DNA of 62,987 bases, the filler included, from Rhabdomonas costata (taxonomy: Eukaryota): the NCBI GenBank assembly GCA_019059605.1. It is 26 parts of 26 records of this genome, joined end to end, with 100 filler letters (N's around TTAATTAATTAA, not from the genome) between each part and the next. Parts side by side here need not be neighbours in the genome. Positions count along the whole stretch, not along the records: positions 60,666 to 62,987 come from JAHMHO010004044.1; 25 more parts are not named here. One strand, 5' to 3'. Below are positions 62,092 to 62,987 of this stretch, in pieces. Within the stretch, counting starts at the first letter, position 1. Each line of letters opens with the position of its first letter. The notes below the pieces were generated by a model. That model was not told the origin of the DNA, made no database searches, and worked only from the letters and a program-made list of their open reading frames with translations. A program made the position numbers and the translations under genes.

Positions 62092-62987
62092 GTACGCTCG
62101 CAGTCCCTTGCCTCAGTTCTGTTGTTGTTTGGTCCATGCTCTTGTTGTGAGAGGATTGGAGAATAATCAAAGCAACTGCTTTACTGCGGTCGGTGCCTTT
62201 GAACATCCTTTCGCTATGTGTGACGTTTCGTATACAATTTTCTCTTACAATTCATTCATTTATTGTTCCTCCTTCATGTTACTTCCAGGGGCAAGCTTGT
62301 TCTCGCTGCGACGGTGTGCTTGCCGCGGCTCGACTTGGGTACGTTTCCTGCCCCTACCCCTACCCCCTACCCAGAGCATTGTGGAGTCTTCCCAACATGC
62401 CCCGATGATTTCAGTATGCAATGTTACAGAAGAAGGGTAGGGTAGGGTAGGGTAGGGACGGACTTGAAATACCGCGGTGGACACTATTATTTGTATAACT
62501 TATGACGCTCGCATTCGGTGTGCCTTTTTATCCAAGAAGTGAGACACTTTAGGACTTACTGGGGGGTTTTCGAGGGGGAGAAAATTTACTCTGTGCGGCG
62601 GAGACCTCTCTTTGTTCTGAAAAGCATCCCACCAAAAAAATTGTCAATGGAACTCGATGGTATCTCAAATCACCTGAACTGCGCCTTTATATTGATTTGA
62701 GTCTTTAAGTTCACTTCACACCCAGCTCGGTGTATGTGTGTGATGATATCCCTTTGCGGTTGGGAGGTGGGAGTGCGCTGGTTCGGGCAGGCCCTCAGCA
62801 AAAGTCCAATGTTCGGGACATGGTCCTGCTTGAGGCCGAGGGCCTGAAGCGCCGCGTCGCCGCGTCGAACACGCGGGGGACTCTCACTGCGGTACGGATG
62901 ACCGACACGATGGCGACCTGGCGGGCGTACTCGGCATACCGCCGTGCGAAGTACAAAGTCGAGGTTGTCGCCAGCTTAACCAACAAA

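Noticed and set aside
155-62986. Most short ORFs in the supplied six-frame track
   Set aside because: They are antisense or alternate-frame shadows of real exons, intron read-through, or microsatellite translations.
1-62987. G/T- and C/A-rich contig ends read as telomeres or nanochromosome ends
   Set aside because: They are non-periodic, differ at each end, cut genes mid-way and resemble WGA primers.
1-62987. Stop-codon reassignment or euglenid-type non-conventional introns
   Set aside because: The conserved host genes I reconstructed translate in the standard code with GT-AG or GC-AG junctions; none required a non-conventional boundary.
62795-62987. GC-rich coding-like segment at the window end
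   Set aside because: Strand, frame and family could not be fixed, and it does not join in phase with the upstream receptor exon.

Overview
This window is not a contiguous locus. It is 26 unrelated contigs of about 2.3 kb joined by artificial spacers (N-run + TTAATTAATTAA + N-run). Many contig ends carry G/T-only (5') or C/A-only (3') tails, and three resemble the GenomePlex-type WGA primer TGTGTTGGGTGTGTTTGG, so the source is probably a whole-genome-amplified single-cell or low-input assembly. The DNA is from an intron-rich, flagellated eukaryote; a euglenozoan (euglenid or diplonemid) is my inference, not proven. Spliced gene fragments I recognised: PPWD1, an ASCC3/Brr2-type Sec63 helicase, strumpellin (WASHC5), COG4, DHX16/Prp2, EFHC1/Rib72, PP2C, TPR, Kelch and Sel1-repeat proteins, a GT-A glycosyltransferase, four contigs from a Cache-HAMP-(pseudo)cyclase receptor family, and a Merlin/IS1595-type transposase. 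Best leads: (1) a bacterial PatZ/YfiQ-type protein lysine acetyltransferase interrupted by spliceosomal introns; (2) a contig with an exact 127-bp terminal overlap (circle or tandem array) holding one complete A20-zinc-finger + dual-specificity phosphatase gene; (3) unusual splice signals, namely frequent GC donors and poly-A or G-rich acceptors; (4) catalytically degenerate receptor cyclases. I recognised no rRNA, tRNA or CRISPR array. All homology calls come from motifs I recall; no database search was run.
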